Shown here: one piece after another, positions 1 through 10,100 of the stretch
How the letters are laid out: the number at the start of each line of letters is the position of its first letter
Position numbering within the stretch: position 1 is the stretch's first letter
Assembly: GCA_030390025.1 (NCBI GenBank)
Contig: JASTWF010000365.1
Span: forward strand, 434,001-473,870
Source: Squalus acanthias
Lineage: Eukaryota
Length of the DNA stretch: 39,870 nucleotides
Direction of reading: 5' to 3'
Translations under genes and position numbers: made by a program
Notes under the pieces: generated by a model
Told to the model about the DNA's origin: nothing
Database searches by the model: none
What the model saw: the letters and a program-made list of their open reading frames with translations, nothing else

Positions 1-35
1 ACAGTACTCCAGGTGTAGTCTCACCAAGGCCCTTA
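1..35 (-). mobile_element. CR1 LINE ORF2 fragment (continues beyond window start)
   Basis: Reverse strand encodes the RPHLEYC-type CR1 motif (here LVRLHLEYC). It is positionally equivalent to the 5' end of the CR1 copy at 28164-28742. Confidence 0.6.
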
Positions 36-49
36 TATAATTGGAGTAA

Positions 50-400
50 GACCAGTGAGCGAGTGGTCAATCTATGGAACGGACTCCCCAGGGAGCCACT
101 TCTCAAAACAAAAATGAAGTAAGGATTTTTTTCATAAAATAGTACTGCGGGATATATTGGAGTTAATTTGAGACATGACGTGTGGTGAGTGTAGCATGCT
201 CGGGAGGAACAGGGGTCTTTGGACCTCTGGTTCCCAAAGCTCTCCAACCACTGGGGGTTTTCCTTGCCTTGTGTCTGGATCTGTTGGAGATTCATTGATG
301 GAGATTGATCGCTGTGATTGGTCAACTACTCCATTATCGTCGTGTCGTGTGACGACCAGGAGGGTCGAAGGTGAACTAGAAGGATCCTTGGTCTTTTAGC
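50..400 (+). mobile_element. Old CR1-like LINE 3' remnant
   Basis: gagcgagtggtcaatctatggaacggactcccc translates to ERVVNLWNGLP, a CR1 ORF2 C-terminal motif. Near-identical copy at ~28755-29104; diverged relative at ~34500-34790. Confidence 0.5.
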
Positions 401-404
401 GTTC

Positions 405-660
405 AGCAGCAACAACTTGCATTTATATAGAACCTTATAAATCAGACAAAATTTGACAGCGAGCCACATGAGGAGATATTAGGACAGGCAAGCAAAAGCT
501 TGGTCAAAGAGGTCGGTTTTAAGGAGCGTCTTAAAAGGAGGAGAGAGAGGCGGAGAGGTTTAGGGAGGGAATTCCAGAGCTTAGGACCCAGGCAGCTGAA
601 GGCACGGCCGCCAATGGTGGAGCGAAGGGAATGGGAGATGGACAAGAGGCCAGAGCTGTG
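405..660 (-). mobile_element. L2-type LINE 3' fragment
   Basis: ORF 442-645 contains STIGGRAFSCLGPKLWNSLP, an L2 ORF2 C-terminal motif. The tail reads (caa)n-cttgcatttatatag on the + strand. Confidence 0.7.
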
Positions 661-693
661 CCTATTCCTACATTGCCATTATCGAATACTTAC

Positions 694-987
694 ATTGCAC
701 AGACAGTGTGATCGGAATAGACTGTGGCCGATCCAGCGACTCATGGGTCACCACACAAGTGATGGTCTCCCCGTCGATCTCCCCGCTGGGGACCGCACTG
801 AAATGGCTCTCCACGGTGATGGTTCCATCGCTGTTCTTGGTCTGGGTCGTGTTGACATTTCCCGCAACGTCCCCCTTCCAGATGATAGAAGATGCCGGCT
901 TCCCATTGGCCGAGGTGCAGACGGCCACGGGAACTTCAGTGGGCCCAGCCTTTTCCAGTAGCGGGCTGGCCGAATTATTAGGCTTGA
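694..987 (-). CDS. Nectin/PVR-like IgC2 exon, paralogous block (VKPNNSASP...AVCTSANGKPASSIIW...TCVVTHESLDRPQSIPITLSVQ)
   Basis: Acceptor tcttgcag|TC, donor CAAT|gtaagt, 294 nt, phase 1-1, open frame. The C-x-S-x-x-G-K-P...W...C-V-V-T-H pattern is typical of the second nectin domain. Confidence 0.88.
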
Positions 988-1024
988 CTGCAAGACAGAA
1001 GATAAAATGGTCACGCGAGTCAAG

Positions 1025-1100
1025 ATGGGATGATCAGCCGTCATCTCAGTGAACGGCCGAACAGGCTCGAGGGGCTGAATGGCCTCCTCCAGTTCCTGCG
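1025..1100 (+). mobile_element. CR1-type 3' end fragment
   Basis: gatcagcc...caggctcgaggggctgaatggcctcctccagttcct resembles the 3' ends of the other CR1 copies in this window. Copy at ~29730-29803. Confidence 0.55.
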
Positions 1101-1176
1101 ACCATATCACATGGATCAACTCTGCTCTCTGGTTCAGTCAACAGACTCTACCAGCCGTCCTTGTTCTCTGGGATAC

Positions 1177-1526
1177 GGTGGTGTAGGGGTTATTTTACTG
1201 GACTAGTAATCCAGAGGCCTGGGACGAATAATCCAGAGAACGAGAGTTCAAATCCCACCGCCATTGCAGTTTGAGAATTTTGAATTGAGTTTAAAAAAAG
1301 CAAACTTGGAAATAAGTGACAATGAAGCGGTCAGATTGTTGTAAAAACCCAACTGGTTCACCAGCGTTCATTTAGGGAAGGAAACCTGCCGTCCTTACAC
1401 AGTCTGAGCCTATGTGTGAGTCTAGACCCAGTCTTAACTGCCCCATGAAGAGGCCGAACAAGCCACTCAGTAGTTCAGTGGTTTAAAAAGGCGGCCCACC
1501 ACCACTAGGGCAACTAGGGGAATAAA
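1177..1526 (+). mobile_element. tRNA-derived SINE whose tail resembles the adjacent LINE family
   Basis: A-box-like tggtgtagggg and B-box gagttcaaatcc. The 3' part (aaggcggcccaccaccac...agggcaactaggg...aataaa) resembles the 3' end of the LINE at 1527-1835. Copy at 29879-30230. Confidence 0.6.
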
Positions 1527-1835
1527 TCTTCGGCAGCACCTCCCAAACCCCCGACCTCTACCACCTAGAAGGACAAGGGCAGCAGCCGCATGGGGAACAC
1601 CACCACCTCCAAGTCACACACACCATCCTGACTTGGAAATATATCGGCCGTTCCTTCACGGTCGCTGGGTCAAAATCCTGGAACTCCCTCCCTAACAGCA
1701 CTGGGAGCACCTTCACCACACGGACTGCAGCGGTTCAAGAAGGCGGCTCACCACCACCTTCTCAAGGACAATTAGGGATGGCCAATAAATGCCGGCCTTG
1801 CCAGCGACACCCACATCCCCGGAATGAATAAAAAA
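1527..1835 (+). mobile_element. 5'-truncated non-LTR retrotransposon 3' end (CR1/Jockey-group family), inverted relative to 2208-2838
   Basis: Reverse-complement homolog of 2208-2530, ending in an A-rich tail. Confidence 0.75.
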
Positions 1836-2207
1836 CACTCAAGGATGCTCTCCCCTGAACACGGTGTCGTAACCAAGCCACACAGGCCAGGAAGATCCCA
1901 AGATTGTTCCGAAGCCGGAGAGCGGAGTCAGGAGGTTCTGGGTTCGAGCCCCACTACAGACAGGTTACTGCTTTCAGTCCCGAAACCATTGGTTGGCAGC
2001 ATCGACAAAAGCCACTTGGCTTCCTACCTTTACACCCTTCCCTTGGGAGAACAGCGGGGAAAGTCGGAGAACGAGTCGCAGTCTGGCGGGGTGGCCTTTG
2101 TGTTGTTTTTGTGGAAGGATTCGCAGGCTGACGGGCAAAACTCCTTCTGGGACAGTGACCAGCTTCATCCCGGTCGATAGGGTAGTGTGGGTTGGTAGGG
2201 GTCGTCC

Positions 2208-2838
2208 TTTTTTTTTTGTTTATGGGACGTGGGCGTCGCTGGCTAGGCCGGCATTTATTGCCCATCCCTAATTGCCCCTTGAGAAGGTGATGGTGAGCCG
2301 CCTTCTTGAACCGCTGCAGTCCGTGTGGTGAAGGTGCTCCCACAGTGCTGTTAGGGAGGGAGTTCCAGGATTTTGACCCAGCGACGATGAAGGATTGGTG
2401 GTATACCTCGAAGTCAAGATGGCGTGTGACTTGGAGGGGAACTTGGAGGTGGTGGTGTTCCCATGCGCCTGCTGCCCTTGTCCTTCTAGGTGGAAGAGGT
2501 CGCGGGTTTGGGAGGTGCTGCCGAAGAAGCCTTGGCGAGTTGCTGCAGTGCATCTTGTAGATGTTACACACTGCAGCCACGGTGCACCGGTGGTGGAGGG
2601 AGTGAATGTTTAAGGTGGTGGATGGGGTGCCAATCAAGCGGGCTGCTTTGTCCTGGATGGTGTCGAGCTTCTTGAGTGTTGTTGGAGCTGCACTCATCCA
2701 GGCAAGTGGAGAGTATTCCATCACACTCTCGACTTGTGCCTTGTAGATGGTGGAAAGGCTTTGGGGAGTCAGGAGGTGAGACACTCGCCGCAGAATCCCC
2801 AGCCTCTGACCTGCTCTTGTTGCCACAGTATTTACGGT
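2208..2838 (-). mobile_element. 5'-truncated non-LTR retrotransposon (RT C-terminal region plus 3' tail)
   Basis: ORF 1954-2826 encodes LSTIYKAQVESVMEYSPLAW...LKKLDTIQDKAARLI...WNSLP, a LINE ORF2 C-terminus. Poly-A tail on the minus strand at 2208-2217. Confidence 0.8.
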
Positions 2839-3139
2839 GGGGAGGGAGGGTTTTTAAAGGGCTCCCACAACCCATACAATGGAGGGAGGGGTCACCCACA
2901 CCCACCGGACGAGAGCATCCCGTCCAGCAGGAATTCCGAGCGGTCTCCACTCGCCGGGACTCTTTGGAGCGGGATCGCTAACCACTGGACCCAAGGCTGG
3001 CTCCGGGGCCGATGCCTTTCAAGAGCGAGGAGTCGAGACATCTTGTGCCTTTTCTGCCACACCTGGAGTGAAAGAAACCAGGCTCCTGGCACGAAAACAC
3101 GGCGGGCACGTCCGAGACGCAATCTGCCCGAAATTGGCA

Positions 3140-3480
3140 GCAGATTCAATCAAGGTGTTCAAAAACAGGAGGGGTTCTGATCGAGTAGAGGGGGAGAAAC
3201 CGTTTCCAGAGGCAGGAGGGTCGGTAACCAGAGGACACAGGTTTAAGATCATTGGTCAAAGAACCAGAGGGGGTGGGGGGGACCAGAATAATTTTTGTTT
3301 CACACACTGCGAGGCAGATTCAACTTTCAAAAGGGAATTGGATAAATATTTGAAAAGGAAACATTCACAGGGCTATGGGGAAAGGAGCAGGGGAAGAGTG
3401 GGCCGAATTGGAGAGCTCTCTCAAAGAGCCGGCACAGGAACGATGGGCTGAATGGCCTCCTCCTGTGCTGTGAGATTCTA
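3140..3480 (+). mobile_element. CR1 LINE 3' fragment
   Basis: Encodes GSVTRGHRFKIIG...FKRELDKYLK and ends gatgggctgaatggcctcctcctgtgctg. Copy at ~27321-27661. Confidence 0.7.
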
Positions 3481-3580
3481 CCCAGCGGCCTCCACCCTCC
3501 GCCGTTGCTTGGGAGGCGGGAAGCCGAGATGAGTCTCGGCCCCGCGAGGCCCACCTTAACCGAATAGTCCACAGACGTAC

Positions 3581-3931
3581 CTAGGACCGTCAAGTTGGTG
3601 GCGGCCTCCTGGTTGCCCTCGGGGTACGTGGCGAACTCGCAGCTATAAATCCCGTCGTCGTCCATCTGCAGTCTCTCGATGATAAGCGTGGCGTCCTCCA
3701 TGGAGACCTCACGGAAGTGGATGCGCCCCCCGGTCTCGGTGGGGTAATTGGTGCCATGGTCCGGGTTGTAGACGGCCAGGTTGACCTTGGCTCCCGAGGG
3801 GTCCTTGATCCAGGTGACCTGCGTGACCGTTAGCGTCTGAGCGGGGTCCACGAACTGGCAACGGAGGGCAGCCTGACTCCCCACGTAGCCGGTCACTTTG
3901 GGCTCCACCTTCACGTGTTGGGCATTGCACA
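3581..3931 (-). CDS. Nectin/PVR-like IgV exon, copy V3 (CNAQHVKVEPKVTG...LRCQF...VTQVTW...LAVYNPDHG...DATL...DDDGIYSCEFATYPEGNQEAATNLTVL)
   Basis: Acceptor ctgcag|TG, donor CTAG|gtacgt, 351 nt, phase 1-1, no stops. Has the V-set C...W...D-x-G-x-Y-x-C pattern and all three PVR motifs (VTQ, AX6G, TYP). No leader exon is visible for this copy. Confidence 0.88.
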
Positions 3932-3982
3932 CTGCAGCAGGAGGGAGGGGGAAAAAGACAGCGTTAGCGTGAACCACTTGAT

Positions 3983-4104
3983 GAAGAACACAAGAATTCG
4001 GAGCAGGAGCACGCCCTACGGCCTCTCGAACCTGCGCGGGATTCAATAAGATCATGGCTGATCTTCGACCAACTCCATTTTCCTGCCTGATCCCCATATC
4101 CCTC
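3983..4104 (-). mobile_element. CR1 LINE 3' end, interrupted by the 17-bp satellite
   Basis: Matches 31999-32120, which continues into recognisable CR1 ORF2 sequence. Confidence 0.7.
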
Positions 4105-7100
4105 GAGTCTCTCCCCTACTAGAGTCTCTCCCCTACTAGAGTCTCTCCCCTACTAGAGTCTCCCCCCTACTAGAGTCTCTCTCCTACTAGAGTCTCTCCC
4201 CTACTAGAGTCTCTCCCCTACTAGAGTCTCCCCCCTACTAGAGTCTCTCCCCTACTAGAGTCTCTCTCCTACTAGAGTCTCTCTCCTACTAGAGTCTCTC
4301 TCCTACTAGAGTCTCTCCCCTACTAGAGTCTCTCCCCTACTAGAGTCTCTCTCCTACTAGAGTCTCTCTCCTACTAGAGTCTCTCCCCTACTAGAGTCTC
4401 TCCCCTACTAGAGTCTCTCCCCTACTAGAGTCTCTCCCCTACTAGAGTCTCCCCCCTACTAGAGTCTCTCTCCTACTAGAGTCTCTCTCCTACTAGAGTC
4501 TCTCCCCTACTAGAGTCTCTCTCCTACTAGAGTCTCTCTCCTACTAGAGTCTCTCTCCTACTAGAGTCTCCCCCCTACTAGAGTCTCTCTCCTACTAGAG
4601 TCTCTCTCCTACTAGAGTCTCTCCCCTACTAGAGTCTCTCCCCTATTAGAGTCTCCCCCCTACTAGAGTCTCTCTCCTACTAGAGTCTCCCCCCTACTAG
4701 AGTCTCTCCCCTACTAGAGTCTCTCTCCTACTAGAGTCTCTCCCCTACTAGAGTCTCTCCCCTACTAGAGTCTCTCTCCTACTAGAGTCTCTCCCCTACT
4801 AGAGTCTCTCTCCTACTAGAGTCTCTCTCCTACTAGAGTCTCTCCCCTACTAGAGTCTCTCCCCTACTAGAGTCTCTCTCCTACTAGAGTCTCTCTCCTA
4901 CTAGAGTCTCTCCCCTACTAGAGTCTCTCCCCTACTAGAGTCTCTCTCCTACTAGAGTCTCTCCCCTACTAGAGTCTCTCTCCTACTAGAGTCTCCCCCC
5001 TACTAGAGTCTCCCCCCTACTAGAGTCTCTCCCCTACTAGAGTCTCTCTCCTACTAGAGTCTCTCCCCCTACTAGAGTCTCTCCCCTACTAGAGTCTCTC
5101 TCCTACTAGAGTCTCTCCCCTACTAGAGTCTCTCCCCTACTAGAGTCTCTCCCCTACTAGAGTCTCTCCCCTACTAGAGTCTCTCCCCTACTAGAGTCTC
5201 TCCCCTACTAGAGTCTCTCCCCTACTAGAGTCTCTCTCCTACTAGAGTCTCTCTCCTACTAGAGTCTCCCCCTACTAGAGTCTCTCTCCTACTAGAGTCT
5301 CTCTCCTACTAGAGTCTCTCCCCCTACTAGAGTCTCCCCCCTACTAGAGTCTCTCTCCTACTAGAGTCTCTCCCTACTAGAGTCTCTCCCCTACTAGAGT
5401 CTCCCCCCTACTAGAGTCTCTCTCCTACTAGAGTCTCCCCCCTACTAGAGTCTCTCCCCCTACTAGAGTTCCTCTCTCCCTACTAGAGTCTCCTACTAGA
5501 GTCTCCCCCCTACTAGAGTCTCTCCCCTACTAGAGTCTCCCCCCTACTAGAGTCTCACTCCCGCCCCCCTACTAGAGTCTCTCTCCTACTAGAGTCTCTC
5601 CCCTACTAGAGTCTCCCCCCTACTAGAGTCTCCCCCCTACTAGAGTCTCTCCCCTACTAGAGTCTCTCCCTACTAGAGTCTCTCCCCTACTAGAGTCTCC
5701 CCCTACTAGAGTCTCCCCCCTACTAGAGTCTCCCCCCTACTAGAGTCTCTCCCCTACTAGAGTCTCTCTCCTACTAGAGTCTCCCCCCTACTAGAGTCTC
5801 CCCCCTACTAGAGTCTCTCCCCTACTAGAGTCTCTCTCCTACTAGAGTCTCTCCCCTACTAGAGTCTCTCCCCTACTAGAGTCTCTCCCCTACTAGAGTC
5901 TCTCCCCTACTAGAGTCTCCCCCCTACTAGAGTCTCTCTCCTACTAGAGTCTCCCCCCTACTAGAGTCTCTCCCCTACTAGAGTCTCCCCCCTACTAGAG
6001 TCTCTCTCCTACTAGAGTCTCTCCCCTACTAGAGTCTCCCCCCTACTAGAGTCTCCCCCCTACTAGAGTCTCTCCCCTACTAGAGTCTCTCCCCCTACTA
6101 GAGTCTCTCCCCTACTAGAGTCTCTCTCCTACTAGAGTCTCCCCCCTACTAGAGTCTCCCCCCTACTAGAGTCTCTCCCCTACTAGAGTCTCTCCCCTAC
6201 TAGAGTCTCTCCCCTACTAGAGTCTCTCCCCTACTAGAGTCTCCCCCCTACTAGAGTCTCCCCCTACTAGAGTCTCTCCCCTACTAGAGTCTCTCCCCTA
6301 CTAGAGTCTCCCCCCTACTAGAGTCTCTCTCCTACTAGAGTCTCTCCCCTACTAGAGTCTCTCTCCTACTAGAGTCTCTCCCCTACTAGAGTCTCTCTCC
6401 TACTAGAGTCTCTCTCCTACTAGAGTCTCTCTCCTACTAGAGTCTCTCTCCTACTAGAGTCTCTCTCCTACTAGAGTCTCTCTCCTACTAGAGTCTCTCT
6501 CCTACTAGAGTCTCTCTCCTACTAGAGTCTCTCTCCTACTAGAGTCTCCCCCCTACTAGAGTCTCTCCCCTACTAGAGTCTCTCCCCTACTAGAGTCTCT
6601 CCCCTACTAGAGTCTCTCCCCTACTAGAGTCTCCCCCCTACTAGAGTCTCCCCCCTACTAGAGTCTCTCCCCTACTAGAGTCTCTCTCCTACTAGAGTCT
6701 CCCCCCTACTAGAGTCTCTCCCCTACTAGAGTCTCTCCCCTACTAGAGTCTCTCCCCCTACTAGAGTCTCTCCCCTACTAGAGTCTCTCTCCTACTAGAG
6801 TCTCTCCCCTACTAGAGTCTCCCCCCTACTAAGTACTAGGTCTCTCCTACTAGAGTCTCTCCCTACTAGAGTCTCTCTCCTACTAGAGTCTCCCCCCTAC
6901 TAGAGTCTCCTCCCTACTAGAGTCTCTCTCCTACTAGAGTCTCTCCCTACTAGCGTCTCACCCCTACTAGAGTCTCTCTCCCCCTACTAGAGTCTCCCCC
7001 CCTACTAGAGTCTCTCCCCTACTAGAGTCTCTCCCCTACTAGAGTCTCTCCCTACTAGAGTCTCTCCCCTACTAGAGTCTCTCCCTACTAGAGTCTCTCC

Positions 7101-10100
7101 CCCTACTAGAGTCTCTCCCTACTAGAGTCTCCCCCCTACTAGAGTCTCTCCCCTACTAGAGTCTCCCCCTACTAGAGTCTCTCTCCTACTAGAGTCTCCC
7201 CCTACTAGAGTCTCTCGCCCTACTAGAGTCTCTCCTCCTACTAGAGTCTCCCCCTACTAGAGTCTCTCCCCTACTAGAGTCTCTCTCCTACTAGAGTCCT
7301 CCCCCTACTAGAGTCTCTCCCTACTAGAGTCTCTCCCCTACTAGAGTCTCTCCCCTACTAGAGTCTCTCCCCTACTAGAGTCTCCCCCTACTAGAGTCTC
7401 CCCCCTACTAGAGTCTCTCCCCTACTAGAGTCTCTCCCCTACTAGAGTCTCTCCCTACTAGAGTCTCTCCCCTACTAGAGTCTCCCCCCTACTAGAGTCT
7501 CTCTCCTACTAGAGTCTCTCCCTACTAGAGTCTCTCCCCCTACTAGAGTCTCTCCCCTACTAGAGTCTCTCCCTACCTAGAGTCTCTCTCCCCTACTAGA
7601 GTCTCTCCCCCTACTAGAGTCTCCCCCCTACTAGAGTCTCTCCCCTACTAGAGTCTCTCCCCTACTAGAGTCTCTCTCCTACTAGAGTCTCTCCCCTACT
7701 AGAGTCCTCCCCCTACTAGAGTCTCTCCCTACTAGAGTCTCTCCCCCTACTAGAGTCTCTCCCCTACTAGAGTCTCTCCCCTACTAGAGTCTCTCCCCTA
7801 CTAGAGTCTCTCCCCTACTAGAGTCTCTCCCTACTAGAGTCTCTCTCCTACTAGAGTCTCTCCCCTACTAGAGTCTCTCTCCTACTAGAGTCTCTCCCCC
7901 TACTAGAGTCTCTCCCTACTAGAGTCTCTCTCCTACTAGAGTCTCCCCCTACTAGAGTCTCTCCCCTACTAGAGTCCTCCCCTACTAGAGTCTCTCCCCT
8001 ACTAGAGTCTCTCCCCTACTAGAGTCTCTCCCCTACTAGAGTCTCTCCCCTACTAGAGTCTCTCCCCTACTAGAGTCTCTCCCCTACTAGAGTCTCTCCC
8101 CTACTAGAGTCTCTCCCTACTAGAGTCTCTCTCCTACTAGAGTCTCTCCCCTACTAGAGTCTCCCCCCTACTAGAGTCTCTCCCCTACTAGAGTCTCTCC
8201 TACTAGAGTCTCCCCCCTACTAGAGTCTCTCTCCTACTAGAGTCCTCCCCCTACTAGAGTCTCTCCCCTACTAGAGTCTCCCCCTACTAGAGTCTCTCCC
8301 CTACTAGAGTCTCTCCCCTACTAGAGTCTCCCCCCTACTAGAGTCTCTCCCCTACTAGAGTCTCCTCCCTACTAGAGTCTCTCCCTACTAGAGTCTCTCC
8401 CCTACTAGAGTCTCTCTCCTACTAGAGTCTCCCCCCTACTAGAGTCTCTCCCTACTAGAGGTCTCCCCCCTACTAGAGTCTCTCCCCTACTAAGTCTCTC
8501 CCCTACTAGAGTCTCTCCCCTACTAGAGTCTCTCCCCCTACTAGAGTCTCTCCCCTACTAGAGTCTCCCCCCTACTAGAGTCTCTCCCCTACTAGAGTCT
8601 CTCCCCTACTAGAGTCTCTCCCCTACTAGAGTCTAGAGTCTCTCCCTACTAGAGTCTCCCCCCTACTAGAGTCTCTCTCCCTCCCTACTAGAGTCTCTCC
8701 CCTACTAGAGTCTCTCTCCTACTAGAGTCTCTCCCTCTACTAGAGTCTCTCTCCTACTAGAGGTCTCCCCTACTAGAGTCTCCCCCCTACTAGAGTCTCT
8801 CCCCTACTAGAGTCTCCCCCCTACTAGAGTCTCTCTCCCTACTAGAGTCTCTCCCCTACTAGAGCTCTCTCCTACTAGAGTCTCCCCCCTACTAGAGTCT
8901 CCCCCCTACTAGAGTCTCTCTCCTACTAGAGTCTCCCCCCTACTAGAGTCTCTCTCCTACTAGACGTCTCTCTCCTACTAGAGTTCTCACTGCCTCTAGA
9001 GTCCTCCCTACTAGAGTCTCTCCCCTACTAGAGTTCCCCCCATACTAGAGTCTCTCTCCTACTAGAGTCTCTCCCTCTACTAGAGTCTCTCCCCTACTAG
9101 AGTCTCTCTCCTACTAGAGTCTCCCCCTACTAGAGTCTCTCCCCTACTAGAGTCTCTCCCCTACTAGAGTCTCTCCCCTACTAGAGTCTCTCTCCTACTA
9201 GAGTTCCCCTAACTAGAGTCTCTCCCCTACTAGAGTCTCCCCCTACTAGAGTCTCTCCCCTACTAGAGTCTCCCCCCTACTAGAGTCTCTCTCCTACTCT
9301 GAGTCTCTCTCCTACTAGAGTCTCTCCCCCTACTAGAGTCTCTCCCTACTAGAGTCTCTCCCTACTAGAGTCTCCCCTCCTACTAGAGTCTCTCCCCTAC
9401 TAGAGTCTCTCTCTACTAGAGTCTCTCCCCTACTAGAGTCTCTCCCCTACTAGAGTCTCCCCCTACTAGAGTCTCTCCCCTACTAGAGTCTCTCCCCTAC
9501 TAGAGTCTCTCCCTACTAGAGTCTCCCCCCTACTAGAGTCTCTCTCTACTAGAGTCTCTCTCCCTACTAGAGCTCTCCCCCTACTAGTAGTCTCACCCCT
9601 ACTAGAGTCTCCCCCTACTAGAGTCTCTCCCCTACTAGAGTCTCTCTTCCTACTAGAGTCTCTCCCCTACTAGAGTCTCTCCCCTACTAGAGTCTCCCCC
9701 CCTACTAGAGTCTCCTCCTACTAGAGTCTCTCTCCTACTAGAGTCTCCCCCTACTATAGTCTCTCTCCCTACTAGAGTCTCTCTCCTACTAGAGTCTCTC
9801 CCTACTAGAGTCTCCTCCCCTACTAGAGTCTCTCTCCTACTAGAGTCTCTCCTCCTACTAGAGTCTCCCCCTACTAGAGTCTCTCCCTACTAGAGTCTCC
9901 CCCTACTAGAGTCTCCCCCTACTAGAGTCTCCCCTACTAGAGGTCTCTCCCCTACTAGAGTCTCTCCCCTACTAGAGTCTCTCCTACTAGAGTCTCTCCC
10001 CTACTAGAGTCCTCTCTCCTACTAGAGTCTCTCTCCTACTAGAGTCTCTCCCTACTAGAGTCTCTCTCCCTACTAGAGTCTCTCTCCTACTAGAGTCTCC

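Noticed and set aside
3560-3600. V(D)J-type rearranging V segments
   Set aside because: Each V exon encodes a complete domain including the G strand and ends in a splice donor; I found no CACAGTG heptamer with a spaced nonamer at the 3' ends.
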